Positions 38,714-48,388 are shown, counted from the stretch's first letter. The stretch: DNA of 64,000 nucleotides from an uncultured Nitrososphaerota archaeon (GCA_964416155.1 CAYQCW010000001.1:215211-279210), one strand, 5' to 3'. Notes: a model not told the origin generated them from the letters alone. Made by a program: numbers and translations.

Positions 38714-39715
38714 TTGCAGTATGTACTTAGCATGGTCTGGAAAAGAAGAGTCTTGAAAGCAGGATCAGGCTCATTCCTCATAACGCTTCCAAAAGCCTGG
38801 GTTAAGCAGAGCAAGATAGATACGGGAATGACTTTAACCATGGTTAGCAACAAGGATGGTTCTCTAACGATAATGCCTGAGGGAGGCGGAAGGCTCGTGG
38901 AGGAGGTTGCTAAAATAGATCTTCCCAGCCAGGAGTTGAAGCCGCAGCACGTCTTGCTCGGAAGCTATTTGCTCGGCTACAACACGATAATCATTAGAAG
39001 CGTGGAAGAGTTTTCGACAGCCGAAATATCAGAGGTGCGTAAGATAGTTAGGAGGCTGCCCGGGGCAGAAATATCAGAGGAGACTTCAAACCAGATGGAG
39101 GTTAGAGTTTTGCTCGACCCGGAGATGATTACTCCTGAGAAACTCCTCAGGAGGCAGAGCGCTCTTGCTGCAAGCATGATATCCGACTGCGTTAAAGCGT
39201 TAGTGAAGATGGATAAAGAGCTTGCTGAAAGGATTATTGAGAGGGATGAGGAGGTTGACAGACAGTACTTCATACTCGTCAGAGTGATCAGGGCTGCTTT
39301 AAGGAACCCTGAGCTTCCGGCTAAGATAGGGATGGACTTCCTAAACCTGATGGATCTCAGGATGCTGGTGAAATATGTTGAGGATACTGCGGACCAGTGT
39401 GTCCAAATATCCAGGGAGGTTGTTAAGATGCACGGCAGGGTTAAAAGGATAAGCCTAGCCGGGTTAAGCAGCATAGGTGAAACACTAAGCGATATGCATA
39501 TTAAAGCCATAGGGCTTTTCAGCATTTTCAATGCCAGCGTTGTGAACGAGATAATGGTGAAGCATGCGGAGGTTGAGGAGAAGCTTCTGAGCCTTGAGGA
39601 GAAACAGGATTACAGGCCATATGCAACCAGCCTAGTTAAAGTCTTCAACAGTCTTGTGAAAATACTTGAAAACATTAAGGATATCGTGGAGCTCGTGTCA
39701 ATAAAGGCTTTTTAA
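38714..39715 (+). CDS. phoU: Archaeal PhoU-family regulator (AbrB N-terminal domain plus PhoU repeats)
   Basis: GSFLITLPKAWV AbrB domain; YLLGY, ERDEEVDRQY and VEDTAD motifs. Confidence 0.9.
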   Translation: MQYVLSMVWKRRVLKAGSGSFLITLPKAWVKQSKIDTGMTLTMVSNKDGSLTIMPEGGGRLVEEVAKIDLPSQELKPQHVLLGSYLLGYNTIIIRSVEEFSTAEISEVRKIVRRLPGAEISEETSNQMEVRVLLDPEMITPEKLLRRQSALAASMISDCVKALVKMDKELAERIIERDEEVDRQYFILVRVIRAALRNPELPAKIGMDFLNLMDLRMLVKYVEDTADQCVQISREVVKMHGRVKRISLAGLSSIGETLSDMHIKAIGLFSIFNASVVNEIMVKHAEVEEKLLSLEEKQDYRPYATSLVKVFNSLVKILENIKDIVELVSIKAF

Positions 39716-42474
39716 ACGCTAAGCTTCTCTAACAGCCGCCCATTCTGAGCCTCATTGTTTAAACGCAGCAGCAACTCCTCCTTCGAGTCGACCCCTATCA
39801 GAGACTTCACAGCAGCATCTAAAAGACTTGAAACAGGCTCTACAACAATGCCTTTAGACTCTAAGAGCTCAATTATCTTAAGGCTCTTCATAGACTCATA
39901 GTTGAAAACGGGGACGAGGAGCTTCTTCGCATACTTGTCCGCCAACGCTGCATCTATCTTACCCATGCCCCTGTGATCCAGTCCTCCAACCGGCCATACC
40001 TCACCCTTAGCCGTTATCGCACCCGTCATTATGACCGTCGGATCCACCTCGATACCGGTGAAGGCAGAAATCATTGCCACGCCTATTGCCAGCCCGGCTG
40101 AAGGGCCGGAAACAGGAGGATACGAGAGGCCTGGGCGGAGCTGAAGCTTCTCCATGCCTTTCGCCGGAGTGACTAGCTCCACGAAAACATCGTGATTCTT
40201 AAACCTCCACTCGGAGATGCTATTGACATATATGAAAGCGTCTTCAGCACTAGCCTGAATGCTCTCACCATACTCGCTTCCAACAACCTTCACAACACCT
40301 TTCCCCCTGGGATTAGTGATAACCTCTACGACGCTCACGAACCCGCTCTGCTCGCCAGCAGCACCTATGGCGACGAGACCATAGGTTTTACCAACCTCAG
40401 GGCTTTCAACCCTTACGCTCTTATCGATCATCGTGCGAGCCTCGCTAACGGCCTCCTCCTCTGAAAGGGTTTCCAACGCCTCTTGGAAGTGAATAGGCTG
40501 AAGCGGATAGTTTGAAGCAGAGACAAGCCTGAGTCTGTCTAGGAAGCCTTCGGAATCCTGGCCTACTCCAAGTATCCTGGAAAGCCTCTCCAGATCCTTA
40601 GCGTAGATTTTTCTTATTTCCTCAACCGGGCGGCTCTCGTCAATTGTTTTAACAAGCTGCCTCGCGGCATCCAACTCCTTAACCCTTAGCCTGTTAGCCT
40701 CGTTAATCACGTCGGCAATCCTCCTGGGGCTTAAAGCCTTCTTTCTAAGTATTTCCAGCACGTTGTCCACGTTTGCTTCAGGGCTAAGTACATCCAGATA
40801 CTTTTTCAAATGAATGCTTATGATCTCCCTCCTCTCCTCATCGTTCCTAGGATAGTTGAATTCGAATACGCGTGTAAACCTTTCCAGGAGAGCCCTGTCT
40901 AGAACGTCAATCCTATTCGTGCTAGCTATAACCACCACGCCTGAGAGAGGAATGAAGCCGTCCAGCTCGGTTAAAAGCTGGCTTGTAACCCTGTCTATGA
41001 CGGGGTCGTGTGTCCCACGCCCCGGTGCAACGGAATCTATCTCGTCGAAGAAAACTATGGTTGGAGAATTTCTCCTAGCGTCCTCGAAAATATCCCTTAT
41101 TGTTTTCTCAGGATCCCCGTACATTCCCTGGATTATTGAGGGCCCGTTGACAAGGTAGAACCAGACATTGTTCTCCCCGGCTATAGCCCTAGCGAGAAGA
41201 GTCTTCCCGGTTCCCGGTGGGCCGTGGAAAAGAAACCCTTTAGGCGGAATATACCTAGCCTTGCTCGCCAACTCCGGGTTCAACGATAGAGAGATCTCCT
41301 TAATGATCTCTTCCCTCACTCCTTTAAGCCCCCCGACATCCTCGTACCGCTCTTTAGGCCTAAGCTTAACCACAGACTTTTTAGCGGCCTCCGTCCTCGT
41401 GGTCACGGAGTAGGCCTTAACCTTTGAAGCAGCCTCCCTAAAATCGTTCAGCGTGACGAGCTCACCAGGGTTAACCTGGCTCTCCGGCTCACTCTCATGG
41501 AGAAGCCTGCTGATAAGCTTCTTCTGAAGCGGGGCAGCCTTGTTGCTGATAACCATCTGGAAAGCGTTAACTATGTCGGCAGGAGTTATGGCCTGTGTTT
41601 CAAAAGACCTTACACTGTCCTCTATCACCGTGAGAATGTCTTGCGGAGGAAGCCTCACACCGTGAACCTTACACTGTTTCTCAACTATTTTAAGCAGCAT
41701 ATGTCTAGACATGTTTTCATCAAGATCTATTGTTCCAGCAACCCCCCTCCTGCGGAGAGTATCTATCAGCGACTCGTACTCTGTTGTTGAAACCAGCACA
41801 ACGGTACGGTAATCCTTCCTTTGAAGCTCGTCGAACTTCTCGAGGAGAACTGTTTGAACCCTCGTCTCCTCCATCCCCACTTCTGTTGTTGAGCTGAACT
41901 TTTTCGCAAAAGCCTGGAACTCGTCTATCAAAACTATGCTTGGATTGTAGAACACGTTGTTGAAGAACTCGCTAAGCCTCTGTGCACTTTGGCCATACCA
42001 CATGGAGTAAACCTGTTCAGGCTTAAGCCTGGCAAGGTTAACCAGCAGACCGTACTCCAACCCTTTCTCAAAGCCCTCCCTCTGCGCAACCTCCGCGAAG
42101 AAGGTTTTACCGGAGCCGCTTGAACCCTTTACGACGAACAGCTTAGGCGGGGGTGCTGCTTTAAAAGTCCTCCTTATCTCAGGATCTCTCAAAACATGGT
42201 AGTGGATGCTGACTAGAACCTTGAAAAGCTCTTCATCCCTGCCCACAAGATCCTCCTTAGCAATCCTCGGGAACATTGGGTTTTTCCGTATCTTCCTAGC
42301 CTTTTTCTCCACTATTTTCCGCCTCTTCTCCGGGGGGAGGCGGAGAAACTTCCACATCCGGTATTTCCAAGAGAAAAGGTTGAGCAACGGGGAGAACAAT
42401 AGTCTTAGAAAAGGTTTCTTATACCACCATTCCTCCTCGAACTCCCGGTCTTCTTCGAACCCGTTTGAAAACAT
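39712..42474 (-). CDS. Double classic-clade AAA ATPase fused to a Lon-type (S16) protease domain
   Basis: D1: GSSGSGKT and IVLIDE. D2: GPPGTGKT, VFFDEID and STNRIDVLDRALLERF. C-terminal SGPSAG, MTGAI and PVGGL..GK. Confidence 0.9.
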   Translation of the reverse strand: MFSNGFEEDREFEEEWWYKKPFLRLLFSPLLNLFSWKYRMWKFLRLPPEKRRKIVEKKARKIRKNPMFPRIAKEDLVGRDEELFKVLVSIHYHVLRDPEIRRTFKAAPPPKLFVVKGSSGSGKTFFAEVAQREGFEKGLEYGLLVNLARLKPEQVYSMWYGQSAQRLSEFFNNVFYNPSIVLIDEFQAFAKKFSSTTEVGMEETRVQTVLLEKFDELQRKDYRTVVLVSTTEYESLIDTLRRRGVAGTIDLDENMSRHMLLKIVEKQCKVHGVRLPPQDILTVIEDSVRSFETQAITPADIVNAFQMVISNKAAPLQKKLISRLLHESEPESQVNPGELVTLNDFREAASKVKAYSVTTRTEAAKKSVVKLRPKERYEDVGGLKGVREEIIKEISLSLNPELASKARYIPPKGFLFHGPPGTGKTLLARAIAGENNVWFYLVNGPSIIQGMYGDPEKTIRDIFEDARRNSPTIVFFDEIDSVAPGRGTHDPVIDRVTSQLLTELDGFIPLSGVVVIASTNRIDVLDRALLERFTRVFEFNYPRNDEERREIISIHLKKYLDVLSPEANVDNVLEILRKKALSPRRIADVINEANRLRVKELDAARQLVKTIDESRPVEEIRKIYAKDLERLSRILGVGQDSEGFLDRLRLVSASNYPLQPIHFQEALETLSEEEAVSEARTMIDKSVRVESPEVGKTYGLVAIGAAGEQSGFVSVVEVITNPRGKGVVKVVGSEYGESIQASAEDAFIYVNSISEWRFKNHDVFVELVTPAKGMEKLQLRPGLSYPPVSGPSAGLAIGVAMISAFTGIEVDPTVIMTGAITAKGEVWPVGGLDHRGMGKIDAALADKYAKKLLVPVFNYESMKSLKIIELLESKGIVVEPVSSLLDAAVKSLIGVDSKEELLLRLNNEAQNGRLLEKLSV

Positions 42475-42489
42475 CTCCCCGGAAATACT

Positions 42490-43302
42490 GTGACACCTAC
42501 GTATAAAGCTTTATACACAGTTATTAAACTTCGGAAAAACACGGAAAGAATAAATGCCACGTTCCAGCATAACCATAGAGGGTTGCCGAGGAAAACCGTG
42601 ATGACACTACTAACCTGGATACTACTGGCCCATGTAGTAGCTTCAGGCCCGGGAAACGGTGAGGTGGCGGAATACGATTTCCCAAAGGTAAACATTCTGG
42701 AGGGAGACCTTCTCGTGCTAACGTTGAGCCCACCTGTAGAGAACATTCAAGTATATGCCAGAGGGGCAGAAATGGGGGAGTTTTCCTTGCTCGTATTAAC
42801 GAATAGCAGCCTTGCCATACCTATTTTAACGGGACGCGTTTCAATGGTGCAAATAATACCGGAGTCCACCCTGACGAACCTTACGGTCACGTTTGACTCA
42901 AATACAACCGTGAAAATGCTCTACGGTATTTTAACGAACAACTACACATACTATAGGCGGGTTTCTTCAGACTACTATACTTTCTCCAACGGTATTCTAG
43001 TGATTCTTCAACCGCAAATGACAATTCCTCGAGGAGCTTCAAAAATAACTTTTATTCTAAACAGGATTAAAGTCAAGAGTTCCGGCGGGTTTCTAGTAGA
43101 ACTGCCTCCGTTAGCAACAATACTTCCCTTCGCAGCAGCAGCAGTATTACTCGCCTACTTGAATGCTTTTGTAATCGTCGACTCCTACTACATATCTAAG
43201 CGGGAAGAATTGAGCAGGGCCAGGAAACTGGGCGTAGTACTTCTTATAGCTTTAAGCGCGCTTGCAATATACTGGTTGTTTAACAATTTCGTTAAATACT
43301 AA
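42490..43302 (+). CDS. Hypothetical membrane protein
   Basis: Real start probably near 42598-42601 (MTLLTWILL signal peptide); N-glycosylation sequons; two C-terminal TM helices. Confidence 0.7.
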   Translation: MTPTYKALYTVIKLRKNTERINATFQHNHRGLPRKTVMTLLTWILLAHVVASGPGNGEVAEYDFPKVNILEGDLLVLTLSPPVENIQVYARGAEMGEFSLLVLTNSSLAIPILTGRVSMVQIIPESTLTNLTVTFDSNTTVKMLYGILTNNYTYYRRVSSDYYTFSNGILVILQPQMTIPRGASKITFILNRIKVKSSGGFLVELPPLATILPFAAAAVLLAYLNAFVIVDSYYISKREELSRARKLGVVLLIALSALAIYWLFNNFVKY

Positions 43303-44065
43303 GGTAGATTTCCTCAGGATAAATCTGACACTTCTCACAGTAATACTTGGACTCCTCCGGTTTCCAAACAAGTTTTGAACCGCAGCTTGGACAGAGGGGC
43401 GGTGTGCCTAACGGGGGAGCCTTCACCCTTCTAGCTCCTCCGGTCCCGGTTTCAACAGGCTTCTCTAAAGCCTGCGGCCGAGTAGGCTTAGCGGGAGCCG
43501 GAGGGGGCTTAAGAGTTAGAGCAAGATGGGTTAAAAAACCTGACAACACGGCTACGGCAATAATGTTGACCACTGCCCCAGTGATGATCACCAGTGAAAG
43601 CGTTGCGACAGCATCATCCACCACGACGGATCTTAACGATAGATCATATAGGAGGAATGGTTTTAAATCCTTATGTAGAAAGTATACGCCTAGGACAGAT
43701 ACCGTGGTGATGGAGAAAACAGACGCCTTAACAGCATCGGACACTGAGCGAGACAGGACGCTTGCAATAATGCTTATAATAAGGATGATTGCTAGACAGA
43801 TTATTAACCAAACACCGGAGTTGAAAAACTGGGTGAAAACACTCACAAGACTCCTGCCCTGGGTTGCAACAGCCTCAACGCTGAAGCCGGAGACAGATAT
43901 TCCGAGAGCATAAACCCAAGGACCATTATTAAGGCCAGATAGGCTTATGCTTTCACCATCGTACTGGATGCTGCTTGAAGGAAGCATGGCTAATATGGAG
44001 TCGACCAGCAGTACTGGCGAGAGCGCGAGGAGCGTCAACACCGTTATCACTAGAACCAGCCTCAA
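43292..44065 (-). CDS. Multi-TM membrane protein with Pro-rich linker and C-terminal Zn ribbon
   Basis: About four TM helices, KPPPAPAKP linker, CPSCG...YYCEKC. Confidence 0.8.
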   Translation of the reverse strand: MRLVLVITVLTLLALSPVLLVDSILAMLPSSSIQYDGESISLSGLNNGPWVYALGISVSGFSVEAVATQGRSLVSVFTQFFNSGVWLIICLAIILIISIIASVLSRSVSDAVKASVFSITTVSVLGVYFLHKDLKPFLLYDLSLRSVVVDDAVATLSLVIITGAVVNIIAVAVLSGFLTHLALTLKPPPAPAKPTRPQALEKPVETGTGGARRVKAPPLGTPPLCPSCGSKLVWKPEESKYYCEKCQIYPEEIYLSI

Positions 44066-44090
44066 TCCTCTCTAACACTGCTTTGAACCA

Positions 44091-44312
44091 CTATTTAGAC
44101 TTTTTCTTTTTCTCTTTGTTTCCAGCCTTGACGAACGCAAGTATGACGGAGAGTACAGCGTCAAGCATGAGAAACATGAAGGTTAGCCACATCAGATCCC
44201 TGACTGAGCCGGTTTCAACAATGGGTGAAAGATACAGGAGCATCATTATGGCGAAAGCCGCGGAGAAAGCCGCGAGAAACAGGTAGGAGGGGCTTGGCCA
44301 CATTAATATCAA
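44091..44312 (-). CDS. Small two-TM membrane protein
   Basis: Two hydrophobic helices and a Lys-rich tail; operonic with the HTH gene. Confidence 0.6.
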   Translation of the reverse strand: MILMWPSPSYLFLAAFSAAFAIMMLLYLSPIVETGSVRDLMWLTFMFLMLDAVLSVILAFVKAGNKEKKKKSK

Positions 44313-44635
44313 CTCGTCAAATAGCCGCCTTTACGGAGCTCGGCGCAGAGGCTGCAAACATCGTCTTCAAGCTCCTTCAGCGACAGGCCTTTTTCAAAAA
44401 GCGTCCTAGCAATGTTGCTGGCGTACTCGTTGACAACCGCATTGCTGAGATAACGCCTTATCTTAGCACTGCCCTTCCTCCTACCCATGTAGTTGCTTAC
44501 GGATGGCTGAGTAACGTTCAGCATTCTAGCCACCTGAACCTGATTCAGATTATACTTCTCCGAAAGCTGCCTCGAGACAAGCATCCTGAGCGCCGGAACC
44601 ACGTACTTAACCATGTGCTCGCAGTATATCGTCAT
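44309..44635 (-). CDS. HTH transcriptional regulator (COG2522-like)
   Basis: CE...KYVVPALR, NQVQVARMLNVTQPSVSNY and C-terminal CSLC; start set at ATG 44635. Confidence 0.88.
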   Translation of the reverse strand: MTIYCEHMVKYVVPALRMLVSRQLSEKYNLNQVQVARMLNVTQPSVSNYMGRRKGSAKIRRYLSNAVVNEYASNIARTLFEKGLSLKELEDDVCSLCAELRKGGYLTS

Positions 44636-44766
44636 AGCTTGACATTGCTGAGTATAACCAGTTTTTAAACATAACTGTAAAACGGGCCTCTTCTCCAAGC
44701 ATAGACCAGCTGTTTAAAAGTAGCAAGAAAACTTTATTTAACTTAACTGGGCATTTAAACCTGCAG

Positions 44767-44874
44767 GCCGGGGTGGTCGAATCCGGTTCACAAAGGGAAA
44801 GGCTGAGAGGCGGTGGGCTGCAGAAGAACCTTGCCGCGACCCACAGTATGCGGGTTCAAATCCCGCCCCCGGCT
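44767..44874 (+). tRNA. tRNA-Cys(GCA) with two introns (D-loop and 37/38)
   Basis: Acceptor GCCGGGG/CCCCGGC plus U73; anticodon arm GTGGG-CT-GCA-G[44824-44838]A-CCCAC; T-arm GCGGG-TTCAAAT-CCCGC; about 16 extra nt in the D-loop; TTTATTTA TATA upstream. Confidence 0.9.
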
Positions 44875-44962
44875 CTATTTTTCCGAATCACTGCAGCATT
44901 ACCGACCATAGTATATAAATTGCACCATAGAAAAATAGATAAAACATTAGGAGGATTCTTAA

Positions 44963-46288
44963 TTAAACTAGGATCTGTGAAGGCTCATAGTCGACAAGCT
45001 TACCCTCCAGATGCTCAGCATATCCTTGGAGATCAAGAAGCCCGTGGCCACTCATGTTGAAAAGGATTACTTTCTCCTCATTATTCTTCTTACATTCTAA
45101 TGCGATGTCGATAGCAGCTTTGATCGCATGGTTTGTCTCAGGAGCTGGCACAAGCCCCTCGTTTTCAGCAAACATCCTGCCGGCTTCGAAGACCTCCCTC
45201 TGATAGTAGGCTACGGGCCTCACGTATTCCTCGTGGACCAGCAGGCTTAGTATCGGAGCTTTCCCATGATACCTGAGGCCTCCGGCGTGTATCGGGGGCG
45301 TGAAAAACTTGTGCCCGACAGTGTACATTTTAAGCATCGGAGTCATTTCAGCAGTGTCTCCAAAGTCATACATGTATTTTCCTTTAGTCGTTGATGGAAC
45401 AGCTTTGGGTTCAACAGCAATGAAGTCGGCGTCAAGCTTCCCCATGAGCTTTTCACGCATAAACGGGAAAGCTAGCCCAGCATAATTAGAGCCTCCGCCT
45501 ATGCAACCTATCACGTAGTCTGGCTTCTCGTCGAGCATTCGAAGCTGTTTCATGGCTTCCTGCCCGACGATTGTTTGGTGGAGCAGAACATGATTTAAGA
45601 CACTTCCGAGAGAATACTTCATGCCGGTTTTCACCGCTGTTTCTATCGCCTCGCTTATCGCTATTCCGAGGGAACCCGGGTGGTTCGGGTCCTGTTCAAG
45701 CATCTTTCTGCCGAAATCCGTTTGGTCGCTTGGGGAAGGATAGACTTCTGCCCCGAAGAGCTGCATAAGTATCTTCCTGTAGGGCTTCGACAAGTAGCTG
45801 CTTCTAGTCATGAAGACCTTACACTTCATCTTGAAGAATGCGCATCCCAGTGCTAGGGCTGAGCCCCATTGGCCGGCGCCGGTCTCCGTCGTCAAACCCT
45901 TTGTTCCCTCAACCATGTTGTAGTATGCTTGAGCTATAGCAGTGTTAGGCTTATGGCTGCCCATGACGTTCACATACTCACACTTATAGTATATTTTCGC
46001 AGGAGTGTTAAGATACGTCTCCAGACGCGTTGCTCTTCTAAGCGGCGTCGGCCTCCCTATCGCGTAGTAGGCCTGGGCAACCTCCTCCGGTATCGGGATG
46101 TGCCTCTGGTCTGAAACCTCCTGTCTAACAAGCTCCTTCGCGAACAATACTTCTAAAGCCTGAGGCGGGAGAGGCTCCTTGGTAGCGGGGTTTATCGGCG
46201 GGTCGGGTGGACGCGGGAGGTCTGGAAGAATGTTATACCATTCTCTAGGCATTTCCTCCGGGTTCAGGTTCACCACTGGTGGCTTCAT
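44963..46288 (-). CDS. trpB2: Tryptophan synthase beta-2 (TrpB2) family PLP enzyme
   Basis: GSHKPNTA, TTETGAGQWG, GGGSN, HAGGLRYHG and SGHG motifs. Confidence 0.96.
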   Translation of the reverse strand: MKPPVVNLNPEEMPREWYNILPDLPRPPDPPINPATKEPLPPQALEVLFAKELVRQEVSDQRHIPIPEEVAQAYYAIGRPTPLRRATRLETYLNTPAKIYYKCEYVNVMGSHKPNTAIAQAYYNMVEGTKGLTTETGAGQWGSALALGCAFFKMKCKVFMTRSSYLSKPYRKILMQLFGAEVYPSPSDQTDFGRKMLEQDPNHPGSLGIAISEAIETAVKTGMKYSLGSVLNHVLLHQTIVGQEAMKQLRMLDEKPDYVIGCIGGGSNYAGLAFPFMREKLMGKLDADFIAVEPKAVPSTTKGKYMYDFGDTAEMTPMLKMYTVGHKFFTPPIHAGGLRYHGKAPILSLLVHEEYVRPVAYYQREVFEAGRMFAENEGLVPAPETNHAIKAAIDIALECKKNNEEKVILFNMSGHGLLDLQGYAEHLEGKLVDYEPSQILV

Positions 46289-46449
46289 CTTCGAATCGCC
46301 TTAGGCCCTTCAAGGCAGCAGTATATATACTATTTTGAACAAATGTATTCTTGAGCTCATTTATGCAACGTGCCGGAAGCGGGGGCTTTAGAAACACGTC
46401 AGCTGGCTTAACCAATTTTTAAATACATGCTTCACATAGGAAGGACGGA

Positions 46450-46953
46450 ATGTGGAGCAAGGTGTATGAGAAGGTTAAACGGTATCCTGCGAAGGTGAAG
46501 GTTGCAAGACTGCTCGTTGAGAACGGTCTCAGGGTAGCTGACGACGGCAGAATATATTGCGGGCCGATAAACATACCGGATGCGAAGATAGCTAAAGCGG
46601 CTAATGCCGACAGGAGGATAGTTAGGAACACTGTTGAGCTCATTATGAAGGATGAGAAGCTTAACAGTATTTTCAGAGCGCTTAAGCCCGCCGGCCCTAA
46701 TCTGGCTGATGCTGCACCCCACTTGGGTTTCGACGTTATCGAGATCTACGCTGACCCGAATAAGCCCGGGATAGTTGCGGGCGTGAGCACGATAATAGCT
46801 GAGCTTGGAATAAGCATAAGACAGGTGATCGCTGACGACCCTGAGCTTGTTCCAGATCCCAAGCTTCAGATCGTTGTTAACGGTAGGATCCCGGGCGAGG
46901 TTATTGAAAAAATGAGAAGAATACGTGGAGTAAGAAGCGTCACGTTGAAGTGA
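46450..46953 (+). CDS. ACT-domain regulator of amino acid metabolism (COG2150-like)
   Basis: IAKAANADRRIV HTH; PGIVAGV...ISIRQV..DDP ACT domain. Confidence 0.88.
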   Translation: MWSKVYEKVKRYPAKVKVARLLVENGLRVADDGRIYCGPINIPDAKIAKAANADRRIVRNTVELIMKDEKLNSIFRALKPAGPNLADAAPHLGFDVIEIYADPNKPGIVAGVSTIIAELGISIRQVIADDPELVPDPKLQIVVNGRIPGEVIEKMRRIRGVRSVTLK

Positions 46954-46959
46954 TTCTCG

Positions 46960-47598
46960 CTATTTCCTCATGAACTCCTCTACTTTCTCGATAAGTGTTC
47001 TAACGGTTTGCGAAACAATCATCTCACCGGCTTCAACACTGGCTTTCGAAGCATCTCCCTCCACACCCATCGACGGGCCCGCGTACTTAATACGATCCTC
47101 CTTAACTAGGCTCCTGTCAATGTATAGAAGCTGGGAGGTAAGGTAGGCACCGCCCGAGCCAGCCTTAGGCTCACCCTCCAATGCTTGAGCATCAGGATAG
47201 TTTTCCCAGATGTTCAACTGAAGCAGCTCAACGTTCTTAACAGGATGTTTGGCTAAGAGCTCTTTAAGAATGGGATCGTTTGACGCGTCGGCGTTAAGAA
47301 GAACAACCTTCTTGAGCCCCAGCTTAGAAAGCTCTTCCACCAGGTTCACCGCCAGCATGGTTAAAACCTCCGGTTTCAAAGATATTAGGCCGCTCCCCAC
47401 CCCGTATGGAGCCATTTCTATGTAGAAGACGTAGGGGTGCAGTGACCCTGCTATTTTCGAAGAGTAATAGTTTGCCAGGATTGATGCTGAGCCGGCTGGA
47501 AGATGCGGACCCTGTTTGCTAACTGAGCCCAGTGGCACCAGACCCACAGTGGCTTGCCCAAGCCGATACCTGATTTCGTAATACGTAGACTCGAACAT
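46960..47598 (-). CDS. Creatininase-family protein lacking canonical metal ligands
   Basis: VPLGS...GPHLP, PYGV and KVVLLN...N scaffold is present; the E/H/D ligands are substituted. Confidence 0.75.
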   Translation of the reverse strand: MFESTYYEIRYRLGQATVGLVPLGSVSKQGPHLPAGSASILANYYSSKIAGSLHPYVFYIEMAPYGVGSGLISLKPEVLTMLAVNLVEELSKLGLKKVVLLNADASNDPILKELLAKHPVKNVELLQLNIWENYPDAQALEGEPKAGSGGAYLTSQLLYIDRSLVKEDRIKYAGPSMGVEGDASKASVEAGEMIVSQTVRTLIEKVEEFMRK

Positions 47599-47698
47599 GA
47601 TTCACCCCCTTAGCCAACCTTATTTAAATGTAGCGTGCGTCAGTAGTCTCACAGCTGCACCCCGCATAAACCGAAAGGGCTTAAAATGTTTTAAAACA

Positions 47699-48376
47699 CT
47701 AATAGTTTAAAACATGCTTGAGGAAATCAACCAGCTGTTTCTCCGACCTCATTCCAACCATCTCGTGAGAATCGTTTACGACAAGCTTCGGAACACCAGT
47801 AACATTATACTTTTCCGCGAGCTGTGGAAACTCCATCGCCTCAATCATCTCCCCGATTATCAGATCGTTTTCGAAAGCCAGCTGGTGAGCGTAGAAAACC
47901 ATTGTCGGACAGTAGGGGCATGTGGGCGTTACGAAAACCTTAATGTTAAGAGGCTGGGAAACCTCTCTGGCAAACTCTCTCGTAGAATCCTTCAGCATAG
48001 TCTTCTTATTGCTAACCATCAGAATATCCTTAACATAGGTTTCAAACTCATGGCCCGAGGGTATTCCGTAAAACCTTATCCCGTAATCCTTCTCCGGGGA
48101 CCTTATGATAGTGGCTGGGAAAAGCCTAACACTATACCTCTCAACCTCAGCCAAACTGTTTTCAGAAGGATAGTGTTTCACGACAATATCACGGTTTATG
48201 CTTGAAACCTCCTGAGCTATCTGAAGAGTCTCCTTACAGTATCTACAGTCAACCTTATCCGTGAAAACCACTATGTCAACCGGATCCTTAAACTCCCTGC
48301 TGAATATTCCGCGTAGCGTCTCCCTACTCTTCTCGTCTAAAAGCGCCATTTCAACGAGAGGGGCAGAATCCTCCAC
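47699..48376 (-). CDS. Protein disulfide oxidoreductase (PDO, two thioredoxin units)
   Basis: CRYC and CPYC motifs; FYGIPSGHEF, IEAMEFP and GVP. Confidence 0.93.
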   Translation of the reverse strand: MEDSAPLVEMALLDEKSRETLRGIFSREFKDPVDIVVFTDKVDCRYCKETLQIAQEVSSINRDIVVKHYPSENSLAEVERYSVRLFPATIIRSPEKDYGIRFYGIPSGHEFETYVKDILMVSNKKTMLKDSTREFAREVSQPLNIKVFVTPTCPYCPTMVFYAHQLAFENDLIIGEMIEAMEFPQLAEKYNVTGVPKLVVNDSHEMVGMRSEKQLVDFLKHVLNY

Positions 48377-48388
48377 CTATATATCTTT

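Noticed and set aside
44874-44963. Integrated element at tRNA-Cys
   Set aside because: I found no integrase and no duplicated tRNA 3' end in the window.
44773-45060. 95-aa ORF on +
   Set aside because: Overlaps the tRNA-Cys gene and the trpB2 3' end; spurious.
47630-47666. Small minus-strand hairpin GTGC...GTGAGA-CTA-CTGA..GCAC resembling a K-turn
   Set aside because: Too short and too weakly paired to distinguish from chance.
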